Notes: a model not told the origin generated them from the letters alone. A stretch of DNA of 64,000 bases from an uncultured Nitrososphaerota archaeon (GCA_963824385.1 CAWGPD010000002.1:192001-256000); one strand, 5' to 3'. Positions 10,549 through 21,616 are shown, counted from the first letter of the stretch. A program made the numbers and translations.

Positions 10549-10751
10549 TATAGGTGGAAAAATATTATCATGCAAGAGGGGGGGACCACACATGGTTAGT
10601 GTGATACACTCAAAGCATGATGACCATTGTCATCATTTTCCTTCGGGGGTACCTTGGGACGCTCATGTTGAAGGATTTAACCTTGCAACACCACACATCG
10701 CTTGCATGATTCCTATCTAAGGAGGATGTCCATTGATAGGGACTACCTATA
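10549..10751 (-). ncRNA. Candidate ~200-nt multi-stem structured RNA of unknown class
   Basis: At least six nested stems, with G-U pairs favouring the minus strand. TATA-like tttaaata at 10763-10770 on the minus strand. Confidence 0.55.
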
Positions 10752-10895
10752 CGTGAATAAAATATTTAAAGTTTATGTATAATTTGATACTAAAACTTTG
10801 AATTTACCTAATTAACCAAAAGTTATCATATAATTTTCAAAATATCTTAAAATTTCTCTATGAAAGCTTTTATGATACGATGATGTAATTTGGTC

Positions 10896-11234
10896 ATGAA
10901 AAAAACTGGGGATGTGTATCAACTTATTTACGAATCAAATCTTGACAGCAAGTTAGAACAGATTTTGATTGGATTGGTAAAGGACAATCCTTCTCCAAAG
11001 ATTGAATCAATAATTCAAAAATTCCTTTTATATGTTCAACACTCTACAGAAAATTTCTGGACTACCTACTATAGTGCAAAAACATATGAAGAAAAACTGG
11101 ATTGTTACTATCAATATTCTAAGAATCAATGTCTTGCAACTGAGGTGCTGATAAGAGATCTAAACTCATTATCTTCTGATGATGAAATAAAAGAAAATCT
11201 TGATGCACTAGTAAAAGAGAGTTTTACATTCTAA
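10896..11234 (+). CDS. Hypothetical protein
   Basis: Helical ~112-aa ORF with normal composition. Confidence 0.65.
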   Translation: MKKTGDVYQLIYESNLDSKLEQILIGLVKDNPSPKIESIIQKFLLYVQHSTENFWTTYYSAKTYEEKLDCYYQYSKNQCLATEVLIRDLNSLSSDDEIKENLDALVKESFTF

Positions 11235-11825
11235 GTTAGTGAAGACTCTGTCTTTGGTCGAGTCTCTTTGAATTTTGCAATCTTATTGCCTTCTTCGTTT
11301 ACAACCTGATCAATACTGATTAGCCTTTCTCGTAGGTTAGTAATTATTGTTGCAACATCGTCTGCTTCTTTTTCAACTTGGCCTCTTTTTTGTTGTAATG
11401 TCTTAATACCTTGTTTTTCTTCTTCTATGTATTGACCTACTTTGACAAGTTTCTCCTTTAGATTCTTGATATCTACTGATTCATCTTCGATGTTCTTTTC
11501 TAGGTTGGTTCGCTTGTCTTTGAGGTCCTTAATCATTAGACCTACATAGTCAATTGCTTCTTCTAACTTGGTTCTCTTATCCATCAATGCCTTAATTCCT
11601 ATATCCTCAGCTTGATGTACTCATACGAGTTTGTTGAATAGGTTCCGGTATTTTTACTTGTTCTGAGGGGCTAAAACGGGACTCTTCTATAACTTCTGAT
11701 GTTTTTGTGGTATCTGTCTTTGGTTCGTATTGAAAAGTCTTACCTGACTGGTCAGTCACATTATCCTTTGTTCCTGAAGAAATAGATTCAAACTCATCTT
11801 TTTTCTTTCTAAACTTGTCAAACAT
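11231..11825 (-). CDS. Hypothetical coiled-coil protein; frameshift at ~11612 joins two track ORFs
   Basis: Removing one A (tcaagct to tcagct) gives ...TSAEDIGIKALMDKRTKLEE..., followed by a long heptad pattern. Confidence 0.65.
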
Positions 11826-11975
11826 ATCGCTTATGGGGTATGTTATTTTTAATATATAAAAAGTTAATAAATGAAAACTATTTTTTGGCTAGATTTTGTG
11901 CTTATTTTAAATCAAAAATCCATAAAACATTGGATTAAGATATATTTAGAGAAAAACATCTTTGGTTCGAGTCAC

Positions 11976-12353
11976 TTGAAAAATAACAAAGTCGACCTTC
12001 TTCCAATTGTTGAAGGCATCATAGGATTAGATCCGATGATGAGATTTGCAGCAATAATAGACCTAAAAGGAAACATATCTGAGGCCATAATGAAGGAAGG
12101 CAAGACTTCACTCAAGTCACAAAAGGAAGAAGAGCACTTTTGTAAGCAAGTTGCAGTTAGGAGGAAAATCCGACAACAATTCGATAAGAGTCTTGGACCA
12201 GTTAATTATGTACATATTGAACGCCAAAAGATTACTCAGATTGTTATCTATCCTAAACGAAAGACTGTCTATGTTACAATGGAAGCAAATATGGATATGA
12301 AACGTAAGCTTGAGATTGTAAAATCAATTAAACAAAAAACTACAAAATTATAA
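11976..12353 (+). CDS. Thaumarchaeal roadblock/longin-like small protein (DUF6659-like)
   Basis: MRFAAIIDLKG...FDKSLGPVNYVHIERQK pattern. TTG at 11976 with a TATA-like box at 11941. Confidence 0.6.
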   Translation: MKNNKVDLLPIVEGIIGLDPMMRFAAIIDLKGNISEAIMKEGKTSLKSQKEEEHFCKQVAVRRKIRQQFDKSLGPVNYVHIERQKITQIVIYPKRKTVYVTMEANMDMKRKLEIVKSIKQKTTKL

Positions 12354-12456
12354 AAAATTAAGGAAAATAAATTTTTCCAGATTATTAGATCTACCGATTA
12401 TCTGCCCCCGCTTCACCATAATTGAAAAATTGACTATTTCCAAGTCTGAAACAACC

Positions 12457-12480
12457 GTTCCGCTATGTGTTCCGCTGTGG
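12457..12480 (+). promoter_or_regulatory. 12-bp tandem direct repeat upstream of the wHTH regulator
   Basis: GTTCCGCTATGT followed by GTTCCGCTGTGG. Confidence 0.45.
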
Positions 12481-12525
12481 AATTTCATACTGTCCCTGAT
12501 AAAACATCAATTCCATAGTATATCC

Positions 12526-12813
12526 ATGTCAAAACAACAATACAGGTCAGAAATAGGTATCATTGCCGATATTCTTGGTGTAGCTATGGATGGAGGAGCA
12601 CAAGGGGTAATCGTCTCAGCAATATCTAGAAAAGCAAATCTATCGCATTATGCGGTTCTTGAAAAATGCCAGAAATTAATAGATGCAGGATTGGTAGAAT
12701 CAATGAAAGCTGAACGAAACAGGTTGTTTAGAGTTACAGATAAGGGAATAAGATTCTTCCAAGAATTCCAAAGATTTCAAGGTGTGATGCAAGGATTCAA
12801 TCTAAGGTATTAG
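12526..12813 (+). CDS. Archaeal winged-helix transcriptional regulator (HTH_45-like)
   Basis: YRSEIGIIADIL...ISRKANLS...L..AGL...FRVTDKG. Confidence 0.85.
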   Translation: MSKQQYRSEIGIIADILGVAMDGGAQGVIVSAISRKANLSHYAVLEKCQKLIDAGLVESMKAERNRLFRVTDKGIRFFQEFQRFQGVMQGFNLRY

Positions 12814-12902
12814 CAATGCCTCAGAAATATCATATGGTTAAGGTACAAAAAGTGTTACCGGAAGGAATCATTTTTGTAAGGATCAAATGTATTCTCACAG
12901 CA

Positions 12903-14013
12903 ATGGTTAAAGCACCAGTCTATAGTCGCATGTCTTGTTTTACTTACTCTTTCTACCCTTGTCCAGTATGCTATAGGTGATCCAAAAACTCTTGATTTTA
13001 CAATCTACACTGATGGAACTACCCATGTTTTTTATCAAACTGATGTAGATTCACAATCACCCTATTCTACTCTAAATCTCTATGGTAATAGTATTGAAAA
13101 TCTTATTGTACAGGATGAAAATGGAACATTACTTTCAAGTAAAGAAAATGAAAATACCACAACAGTTGAAACTTTAGGATCTTCTACAGTTAAGGTAGAT
13201 TATGATACTCCAGATTTAATCTCAAAGAATGGAAAAACTTGGACTTTTCATGTAAATTCACCAATTGATTATTCCATACTTTTACCAAAAAATTCAGTAA
13301 TTGTTGGAATGAGTGTATCTCCATTAAACATGCAAATAGTTGATGATCAATCACTTATTTCATTACCAAGTGGTTCATCTGAGATCAACTATATCATTGG
13401 GGTATTAGGTACAAGTCAGACAGCTACTTTAGCAATACAACAAGCTCAAGATTTTATTAATACCATAACATCCGCAGGTGTACAAACTCCAATGGCTCTT
13501 GCAAAGCTTGAGGAAGCCAAATCAGATTTTAGCCAAGGCAAGTACTCTGATGCTGAATCACTAGCTAACGAAGTCAAAAGTCTTGCACTTCAGGAACAAC
13601 AAATTACTAATTCTGTACCAAAAACATCATCTGATAATTTACTGACTTATCTTTTAATTGTAGGAGGCATTGTTGCAGCAGGAGCAACCGGATTTATAAT
13701 AATTAAAAGAACAAAATCTAGTAATATCGTAACTTCAAGTTATATTACAAAGAACAACTACATTGCACCAGACAAGGAGACAATTTACAAACTCAAACCA
13801 GAATTACGTCAAGATGACAAGGATATTGTAGCATTTATCTCTGAAAAAGGGGGCAGAGTATTTGAAAGTGAACTGCGAAAAAAGTTCTTGATGCCACGTA
13901 CAACAATGTGGCGTGCTGTTAAGCGACTTGAGAGAGAAAATATCATTAAAATAGAAAAAGTTGATCAACAAAATCTCATTAAACTTAGAGAAATGGGAGT
14001 GGATGAGAAATGA
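12903..14013 (+). CDS. Membrane-anchored protein with an extracellular domain and C-terminal wHTH (COG2512-like); frameshift at ~12919
   Basis: Signal peptide and N-terminal domain (…DFTIYTDGTTHV…) lie upstream of the track ORF. TM helix, then GGRVFESELRKKFLMPRTTMWRAVKRLE. Confidence 0.75.
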
Positions 14014-14840
14014 AGGCTTTGGCAATTATCTTCTTGGCTTTAGTTGGAACATTGGTTCTTAATGGCCCAATTCAATCCTACGCAGATCCTCAACTTGATG
14101 CATTTCTACAAATTGCTACACAAGCAAGAGAAAATCTAAGGATGAATATTTCACAAATTAATAATGTCCCTAGTGAAATTACGGATCTCTTCAAACAAGG
14201 CTCTAATGAAACTGATGCACTATCTAATGCAATAAATGATAATGATATTGCATCAGCAAGACAACATTTCCTCTCTGCCATGAATTTCTTCAAATCTACT
14301 AATGATAAAATAAATTCTCTTAATGCAACACAAGTAAATGATCAACAACAGACCAACGTCCTACAATTACAAAGTGAAATTTCAAGAACAGAAAAGATTG
14401 GTGAAATGCTAAAAACAATATCAATAACAAACAATGCAAATCTTAATTTCACACAATTTGAACAACTAATTCAGAAAGCAGGACAAGATCTTGATAATGG
14501 TAATATTAGTGAAGCATCAAAATCAATTGAGGAAGCAAATCACATTGTAATTGATATTCATCATTCCCTTACGGAAGTTGCAAAACAAAGAACTTCTGAA
14601 CGTGCAAAGGACTTTACAGAAAAACAGATTGAGAGACTCGATAAAATAGAAAATACGACTAAAAATTCTATTGCACAGGCTCCACAAGTTCCACTCATGA
14701 CTAAAACTATCTCTAATTTTACAATTTATGAAAATCCAAAAGACATGGTTACAAAGCTAAAGAAACTTACTGCGGAGGGTAAAGTTGATGAAGCTTTAGA
14801 AATGATAAAATCATTTGAATCTTATCAAAAAGAGAAATAA
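14010..14840 (+). CDS. Exported helical hypothetical protein
   Basis: Signal peptide (SYA|D); ATGA overlap with the previous gene. Confidence 0.7.
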   Translation: MKALAIIFLALVGTLVLNGPIQSYADPQLDAFLQIATQARENLRMNISQINNVPSEITDLFKQGSNETDALSNAINDNDIASARQHFLSAMNFFKSTNDKINSLNATQVNDQQQTNVLQLQSEISRTEKIGEMLKTISITNNANLNFTQFEQLIQKAGQDLDNGNISEASKSIEEANHIVIDIHHSLTEVAKQRTSERAKDFTEKQIERLDKIENTTKNSIAQAPQVPLMTKTISNFTIYENPKDMVTKLKKLTAEGKVDEALEMIKSFESYQKEK

Positions 14841-15013
14841 AAAACTGGTGAGAATCCATGATGCTTTCAAAATAATGAAACTATAATTATAGGAACTTAG
14901 GAAAAATTAGTCTAAAATAAAAGAATGAAAAAGAAATATCCTGAATTACTGCTCTTGGTATGGCACAAATCTTACATAAAATTCATATAGATTTTTACTA
15001 GAACCCAAGTAGA

Positions 15014-15211
15014 TTGGCTTCAAAGCAAATTTCTGTAGGCATAGGAATCCCAATGATAATAGTTGGTGTTATACTTGCTTTCCTTTTAGCGCCAATGCTA
15101 GATATCTTAAAAGATACAGTAGAGTTTGTAGGTAGTCTTATAGGAATACTTGGAGTCCTAATTTTTATTGCAGGATTATTTTCAAGAAAAGTGCCTTCAA
15201 TTACATCCTAA
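15014..15211 (+). CDS. Small two-TM membrane protein
   Basis: 65-aa hydrophobic ORF. Confidence 0.6.
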   Translation: MASKQISVGIGIPMIIVGVILAFLLAPMLDILKDTVEFVGSLIGILGVLIFIAGLFSRKVPSITS

Positions 15212-17568
15212 ACTTTCATAATTCCAATTGATATGAGATGTTGAATGGATGCCCAGAATGTATTGTCATCAATCTGACCTGAAGACCATAGATTTACATT
15301 TCCTTTTAGCCAACTTGGAATTTCTACATTAACATCTTGATTTATTGACGGTGTTTTGATTAGACCCTGGTTTATCATATATCTAATTGCTTGAGAGAAA
15401 TCATTCTTATCTAAAGCCCCTTCTGACCACCAAATAGCTGTATTTCTTATCCAACTTGGTAAGATACTATTATTCACTCCACCATAAAGTGCAAATTTCT
15501 GTACGTTGTTATTTTTCTTATCCACAACATAGATGTTGTCTGAAGCATCGATTACAAGTCCTACTGGTTGTTCAAACTGACCTTGTCCAGTACCTTCTGT
15601 GCCCCAACTTAAAAGGAAATTTCCATTACTGTCAAACTTTTGGATCCTATGATTATCAGTATCTGCCACATAGATGTCATTTTTAGAATCAATAGCTATT
15701 GCTGATGGCTTGTTAAATCTCCCTTCCTCAGTTCCACTAGAACCATAAAAGTTTAGAAATTCTCCAATATTGGAATATTTCAATATCTTGTTATCAGTAG
15801 AAGCGGCATACAGATTATCTTCTGGGTCAAATGCTAATGCTCTGATGCCTGAGAAACTTTCTCCTTGTAAAAGTGATGAATCTATTTGTTCAGTATAGGT
15901 ACCTTTGCTATCAAATAGTTGAATAGATTTTTTTTCTACATCTCCCACAAAAAGTTCACCATCATGGTTTGAATTTATTGAGACTGGTATGTGGAACATT
16001 CCAGGATTATCGCCATATGTGCCCCAAGAATAAGCAAAACTTCCGGTTTTGTTATACATGTTTATTCTTGAATTTCCTGTATCTACCACATACACATATT
16101 TTTCATTAACAAATATACCTGATGGATTTTTGAATTGTCCCATTGCTGATCCTGCATCACCCCAAGAAAGGAGTAGATTATCATTCTCATCAAATTTCTT
16201 AACCTGGAAATTTCCAGAATCTACTACGTATGTATTATTGTCTGAATCAATAGTGATACCCCTTGGAGACTTGAATGTTGTTGAATTAATTATTGAAACA
16301 AAAGTAGGTATGTTATATTGAACCGCATCAAGCATTTCTGAATCCTGTACAGGTGAACCAATTACATAAAAAGATGAAGATCTCTCAATGCCGTCATAAT
16401 TTACATTAATGTTCCATTGTCCTACGGAATCATTTATTGCAATCTTATGAGGTATGATAATTTCTGTTGTATTTACTGGAAATGATATTCTTTGACTAGT
16501 TTTACCATCTGGATTTGTAATCCAAATATCTATTGAATCCGTAATAACCTGTGAAGTATGTATTTTGACGTGAACAATTTCTCCTGGTCTATAATTTAAT
16601 TTATCTGGAGACACCATTAGTTCAATGTTAGGTAACTCGTGAGGATTTTTAATCACATTATAGGAACCAATGCTTGTGGCACCAGCATAGTGCACTTCAT
16701 ATCTGTATGTACCAATTTCTTTGGAAAAATTCTTGAGGACTAGTGTATCATGGTCAGAACGTGGATTAAATTGATTACTAGTTGTATTTCCTAAAGGATC
16801 TGTTATCTTCAATGTAGCAGTTGACTCTGTTAATCTTGTAAATATCGTATCAATTGTCACATCACTTCCTTGATAGTATGTGGCTGAAGTTTGTGTTGTT
16901 ACATCCATTAGTTTACGTATATCTCCCAAAAGAAATGGTATTTCAGCAACAGAATTAAAGTATTTAATTTTTAATTTGTATAACCCTGGTGGGTTAAAGT
17001 TAGAAAGTTGATACATTGGAAATTGATAAGATGTACTATGTTGAACTGCTGGTACTTCAATCGGGTCTACGTTGATTGCAGGATTTCCATCACTATCATA
17101 AAAGTTCAGAAGATAAGATTGTGCAAAGGCAGCATCTGGAACATAGTAAGCTGAAGTGATGTTGATGTTCATTATGTCGGGTTCATAGTAAGTTACTTTA
17201 TCGATGAATACTGCCAAATTGAGCGGATTGACAATAAAATTAACTGTCTGACTAATTCCTCCATATTGATAATTAATTGACCACGGACCAAACTCATTAT
17301 CAAATGCATCACGTATAATTTGATGAACTGTTTGACCTCCCTTTATTTGAGTATCAATTATTCCTGATATTGTTGAATTATCAGGTCTATGAGCTACCCA
17401 ATTGACAGAACCTCCATCATATCCTGAAATTACAAGATTGATCTTTATCCAATCATTTGCACCAAATTCTTGTTGTTGCGGAGTAGCAGTTATGGTATAG
17501 GCACTTGCATTTTGATTAGTAACAAAAACTAAGATTACAAATAAAAACAAAGGAATTAGTTTTTTCAC
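15208..17568 (-). CDS. Exported protein with Ig/MG2-like domains, an NHL beta-propeller and a thaumarchaeal C-terminal (PSWI..WWS) domain
   Basis: Signal peptide; DKLNYRPGE; six NHL repeats (GxFxxPxGI..D..N.YV.D..N.R.Q.F); two PSW repeats at the C-terminus. Confidence 0.85.
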   Translation of the reverse strand: MKKLIPLFLFVILVFVTNQNASAYTITATPQQQEFGANDWIKINLVISGYDGGSVNWVAHRPDNSTISGIIDTQIKGGQTVHQIIRDAFDNEFGPWSINYQYGGISQTVNFIVNPLNLAVFIDKVTYYEPDIMNINITSAYYVPDAAFAQSYLLNFYDSDGNPAINVDPIEVPAVQHSTSYQFPMYQLSNFNPPGLYKLKIKYFNSVAEIPFLLGDIRKLMDVTTQTSATYYQGSDVTIDTIFTRLTESTATLKITDPLGNTTSNQFNPRSDHDTLVLKNFSKEIGTYRYEVHYAGATSIGSYNVIKNPHELPNIELMVSPDKLNYRPGEIVHVKIHTSQVITDSIDIWITNPDGKTSQRISFPVNTTEIIIPHKIAINDSVGQWNINVNYDGIERSSSFYVIGSPVQDSEMLDAVQYNIPTFVSIINSTTFKSPRGITIDSDNNTYVVDSGNFQVKKFDENDNLLLSWGDAGSAMGQFKNPSGIFVNEKYVYVVDTGNSRINMYNKTGSFAYSWGTYGDNPGMFHIPVSINSNHDGELFVGDVEKKSIQLFDSKGTYTEQIDSSLLQGESFSGIRALAFDPEDNLYAASTDNKILKYSNIGEFLNFYGSSGTEEGRFNKPSAIAIDSKNDIYVADTDNHRIQKFDSNGNFLLSWGTEGTGQGQFEQPVGLVIDASDNIYVVDKKNNNVQKFALYGGVNNSILPSWIRNTAIWWSEGALDKNDFSQAIRYMINQGLIKTPSINQDVNVEIPSWLKGNVNLWSSGQIDDNTFWASIQHLISIGIMKV

Positions 17569-17666
17569 TGATTCCTGTCAGATTCTCACAAATTAATTAC
17601 TTTGGCAGAAAACCGTTCATAAGAAGATCCAATTAAATAAATAATGAACAAGCACAGACTGAATAC

Positions 17667-18379
17667 TTGAACGTAAGACTCTATGAAATATTCACATCCG
17701 TTGAGGGGGAAGGAATCTTGTATGGTACAAAAACACTCTTTGTGAGGCTATCTGGATGTCCTTTCAAATGCTTTTATTGTGATACTAAAGGTGCACTTCC
17801 AATGGATTCCGGAAAAGAATATTCAATTAGTAAAGCAAAAGAGATAATCAAGCAAAATCTGAAGAAAAATACATACAAAGTTAATTTTACAGGTGGGGAT
17901 CCATTGGCTCAATCTAAAGCCGTTGCAGAACTTGCAAAATTTGTTCAAGGAAAAAAAATTCCTACATATTTAGAATCTTCTTGCTATGACTCTTCAAAGT
18001 TTGCACAAGTTCTTCCTTACATGGATTTTATAAAAATTGAATTTAAAACTCCAGAATCTGGTTTTGTTGATACAAAACATTATTCCAAACTTTTAGAAAA
18101 TGAGCTTGAATGCCTTAGAATAGCCAAGAAATCAAAGAAAATTACATACATCAAAGTAGTAATAAGTTCAAAAACTCAGTAGGTTCATTTAAGAAACTTC
18201 TTAGACAAATATTCAAAATTATATCTAAAGTAGAACTTGCAGGATTTATAATACAGCCTACGTATGGTATTTCAGAGCCTAGTTTGGAACAACTATTCAG
18301 CTTTTATGATGCAGTTTATACTTATTATGATCAAGTTAGAATAGTACCACAGCTACACAAATTCATAGGTGCACCATGA
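17667..18379 (+). CDS. queE: 7-carboxy-7-deazaguanine synthase (radical SAM); -1 frameshift at ~18180
   Basis: EIFTSVEGEG, CPFKCFYCD and TGGDP. C-terminus ...RIVPQLHKFIGAP is in another frame ending at 18379. Confidence 0.9.
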
Positions 18380-18939
18380 TGAATAAAGATAGAGTAAAAC
18401 GACTAATACGAGAAATAATTGCAGAGATAGGCGAAGATCCTACAAGAGAGGGTCTAGTTGACACACCAAGTAGAATAGCCGATATGTATGAAGAGATCTT
18501 CAAGGGGTATGAAGGAGAGTCAGAACTATCAGTAAAGTTTTCTGAAGATTCTGATATTGTGATTGCAAAAGACATTCAATTTTATTCCATGTGTGAGCAT
18601 CATATGTTACCATTCTACGGAAAAGTAAGTGTAGCATATGCACCAGATGGCAAAGTATTTGGGATATCTAAATTGGTGCGTCTTGTAGAAAAATACTCTG
18701 CTAGATTGCAAATACAAGAACGAATTACAAAAAATATAGCTGATGAATTATACTCTGAAGGAATCAAAGGTGTAATTGTAATTGCAGAAGGTGAACATCT
18801 TTGTATGAAAATGAGGGGAGTAAGAAATGATGCTATAGTAACAACAATAGCCTCAAGAGGAATTTATGATAAAAAAGAAGCAAGATCAGACGTTCTAAAT
18901 TTGATATATAGTGGAAAATCCAAGCCAAATGTTATCTGA
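18376..18939 (+). CDS. folE: GTP cyclohydrolase I
   Basis: REGLVDTP, SMCEHHMLPF, RLQIQER and HLCMKMRG. Confidence 0.96.
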   Translation: MMNKDRVKRLIREIIAEIGEDPTREGLVDTPSRIADMYEEIFKGYEGESELSVKFSEDSDIVIAKDIQFYSMCEHHMLPFYGKVSVAYAPDGKVFGISKLVRLVEKYSARLQIQERITKNIADELYSEGIKGVIVIAEGEHLCMKMRGVRNDAIVTTIASRGIYDKKEARSDVLNLIYSGKSKPNVI

Positions 18940-18977
18940 TCTATAAAATTAAATAATAACATATACTGCAATACTTC

Positions 18978-19232
18978 ATGGGCGCACATAACAACATCCA
19001 TGTTCCAAAAGAGTCTTGGCCTTACTTTATGTGGTATGCCATAGAATTTTTCATCACCCTTGGAGTTGGATTGGGAATTTCTTACGAGTCGATGGATTAT
19101 TTTAGGAAAATTGGGTTTGATGATTCCATGACAACATGGGCTTTTTGGGGGATGGTAGGTGTTGTACTCCTAGCCTATTATCTAATTGTAAGACCTATAA
19201 TACTTAGAAAACCAGTATTGTCAAAAATCTAG
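18978..19232 (+). CDS. Small membrane protein
   Basis: 84 aa with two TM helices. Confidence 0.65.
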   Translation: MGAHNNIHVPKESWPYFMWYAIEFFITLGVGLGISYESMDYFRKIGFDDSMTTWAFWGMVGVVLLAYYLIVRPIILRKPVLSKI

Positions 19233-19906
19233 AGTCTTGTTGAATACTTGGTTTTATCTAAAATCTTAGATTGACGAAACGCTAATTTTCTATTATTACA
19301 AGATTCGCATTTTCCACAATGAATCTTGGTATTTTCATAACAACTCCAACTTTTAAAAATACGTCCGCCCAATTCCGTATATCCATTCTTTAGAAGATCA
19401 CTCTTTGAGAGATTTTCCATAAATGGACTCCAAATTCTAATCTTCTTTCTAAGACCAAGTTTTATTCCATCAATCTCTCCTTCATTCAAGGCCTTTGAGA
19501 GTAATCTTGCAAATGATGGCCTACAATCTGGATATTCCATGTCTCCTAAATGAGCACCATACGCAACAAGTTCAGCTTTTTTTGAAAATGCCCAAGCAGA
19601 AGCTATGCTAAGAAAAATAGCATTCCTTATTGGAGCAACTATTGAATAATCAAATTTTGAGGGAATTTCTATTTTAGAATTGGTTAGAGCATTTGTCTTT
19701 TCATACAAATCTTTCATAAACCCTATGTCTACCACTTTATGTTCTTTGAATTTTAATAATCTTGAAAATTGTTGTGCAACTTTTACTTCTTTACTTGCTT
19801 TCTGACCATAAGAGAAAGTTATTCCATAAAGATCATATTGTTTTTTAAGGTATGTGGCAGTACATACTGAATCTAAACCTCCACTAAAAACTATGATGGC
19901 TTTCAA
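19229..19906 (-). CDS. queC: 7-cyano-7-deazaguanine synthase
   Basis: SGGLDS, YGQK, PIRNAIF, YPDCRP and SCY...HCGKCESC. Confidence 0.95.
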   Translation of the reverse strand: MKAIIVFSGGLDSVCTATYLKKQYDLYGITFSYGQKASKEVKVAQQFSRLLKFKEHKVVDIGFMKDLYEKTNALTNSKIEIPSKFDYSIVAPIRNAIFLSIASAWAFSKKAELVAYGAHLGDMEYPDCRPSFARLLSKALNEGEIDGIKLGLRKKIRIWSPFMENLSKSDLLKNGYTELGGRIFKSWSCYENTKIHCGKCESCNNRKLAFRQSKILDKTKYSTRL

Positions 19907-19944
19907 TTTGAAAACATTCCAATTAGACCAAATAAAATGTTTGA

Positions 19945-20772
19945 CTATGCAATAGAGAGTAATACTGCTCCAGACAAAATCATAATAGATCCCATGATAA
20001 CCCTGAGTATGTTCCGCTTGTGAACTATTTCTTTAAAATACAAAACTCCCCAAGATACCGCAAAAAGTGTAGCTGTTTGAGAAATAGGATATGCCACTGT
20101 AATCCCTATTGAAGCTATAGCTATCAGGACTGACAAGCTCCCTAAATTAAATAAACTCCCTGAAACTACTCCAGCTATAATCTCCTTCTTAACCCATCTT
20201 CGTGATAGAAAAAGTAAAGGTATCCCAATTGCAAAAATAGATAGACTAGATGAAAAGAATCCTGATTGAAGTGTATGTGTTGCCTGCATTGGTATGACAT
20301 ACGAACCTCCTACAATACCAGAGGCTGCAGCAATAACGTATCCTTTTCGTTGAACAACCGAGGCCTTTGCAGCACTTGCAACTAATGGTAAACCTGCTAA
20401 TAGTAAACCAATAGCACCAATGGCTAATATCATATAGTTGAATTTCTCTCCAAAGAACAAAATTCCCCAGAGAAACGAAACTAGAATACTAAAACCTGCA
20501 AGAAATGGAGAAGTTCTAGAAAGTCCTATCAATCTAACAGAATAAAGTGCAAGTATATTTCCTGCAGTCCATATTGCTCCGCTAAGAAGACCACTAGGTA
20601 AAATTCCAAATCCCCAAAAAAAAGCAATTGGTATTGCAAAAAGAATAACTCCTATTCCAGTAGATCCTTGCAGCTGCCAAATGCTTACAACATTAACTTT
20701 TTTAACTGGAACAAAAAAAGTTCCCCAACAAATAGCCGAACCAATAGCTGAAGTCAACCCAGACGAATTCAA
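19945..20772 (-). CDS. DMT-superfamily GRP/GlcU-type transporter
   Basis: Ten TM helices; WGT.FVPVKK and WG.L.F.E repeats. Confidence 0.75.
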   Translation of the reverse strand: MNSSGLTSAIGSAICWGTFFVPVKKVNVVSIWQLQGSTGIGVILFAIPIAFFWGFGILPSGLLSGAIWTAGNILALYSVRLIGLSRTSPFLAGFSILVSFLWGILFFGEKFNYMILAIGAIGLLLAGLPLVASAAKASVVQRKGYVIAAASGIVGGSYVIPMQATHTLQSGFFSSSLSIFAIGIPLLFLSRRWVKKEIIAGVVSGSLFNLGSLSVLIAIASIGITVAYPISQTATLFAVSWGVLYFKEIVHKRNILRVIMGSIMILSGAVLLSIA

Positions 20773-20863
20773 AGGTGGTTTGACTGTAAGAATAGCAGTA
20801 TAACTCGGTTTCTATTCTAGATGTATACTCTAAGTTTAATTTCTGCTAAAATATTTTTCTTAT

Positions 20864-21616
20864 ATGAAATATCTGAAGGTTGAACAAGAGGAAGAAGTTG
20901 TTCAAATCACCATCAGCAGACAAGATAAACTAAATGCAATGAATCTAGATGTCATGGATGAATTTATTTCTCTATTGGATGAACTTGAAAAAGATTCTTC
21001 ACGAGTAATTATTATCACCGGTGATGGTCCTAAAGCTTTCTCAGCCGGTGCAGATATCGAATATATGAGTAATATCGGACCAACTGAGGCAGAAAAATAT
21101 GCACTTCGAGGACATGAAGTTCTAAACAGAATTGAAAGATTAGAAAAACCTGTAATTGCCGCAGTTAATGGTTATGCATTGGGGGGAGGATGTGAACTTG
21201 CACTCTCATGTGATCTCAGATTTGCTTCACCTAATGCACAACTTGGTCAACCAGAAGTTACATTAGGAATCTGTCCAGGATGGGGAGGTACACAAAGACT
21301 ATTACGAATTGTGGGTCCTGCAAGAGCCAAAGATCTTATATTTTCTGGCAGAAAAATTACAGCAGAAGAAGCATTTTCAATGGGGCTAATAAATAAAATA
21401 TTTCCTTCTGAGAGTTTACTTTCTGAAACTAAAGCATATGCTAAAGTGTTATCAAAAAATAGTAGTTTTGCAATAGGAATTTCTAAGATGCTTGTAAACA
21501 GGGGAACAGATGCTAATCTTGACACCGGATTGAAACTTGAAATCTATTCGTGGGCTGTATGTTTTTCAACAAAAGATAGGGAAGAACGAATGCGTAAATT
21601 CATTGAAAAAAAATAA
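20864..21616 (+). CDS. Enoyl-CoA hydratase/crotonase (possibly the 3HP/4HB-cycle hydratase)
   Basis: FSAGADI, ALGGGCELA, GQPEV.LG..PGWGGTQRL. Confidence 0.9.
   Translation: MKYLKVEQEEEVVQITISRQDKLNAMNLDVMDEFISLLDELEKDSSRVIIITGDGPKAFSAGADIEYMSNIGPTEAEKYALRGHEVLNRIERLEKPVIAAVNGYALGGGCELALSCDLRFASPNAQLGQPEVTLGICPGWGGTQRLLRIVGPARAKDLIFSGRKITAEEAFSMGLINKIFPSESLLSETKAYAKVLSKNSSFAIGISKMLVNRGTDANLDTGLKLEIYSWAVCFSTKDREERMRKFIEKK

Noticed and set aside
10535..10720. 61-aa His-rich + strand ORF
   Set aside because: It has a TTG start, no family motif, and coincides with dense base-pairing that better fits an RNA. Not fully excluded.
17667..19906. 7-deazaguanine DNA-modification (dpd) defence island
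   Set aside because: No dpdA-like gene is nearby. queE/folE/queC are explained by ordinary preQ0/archaeosine synthesis.
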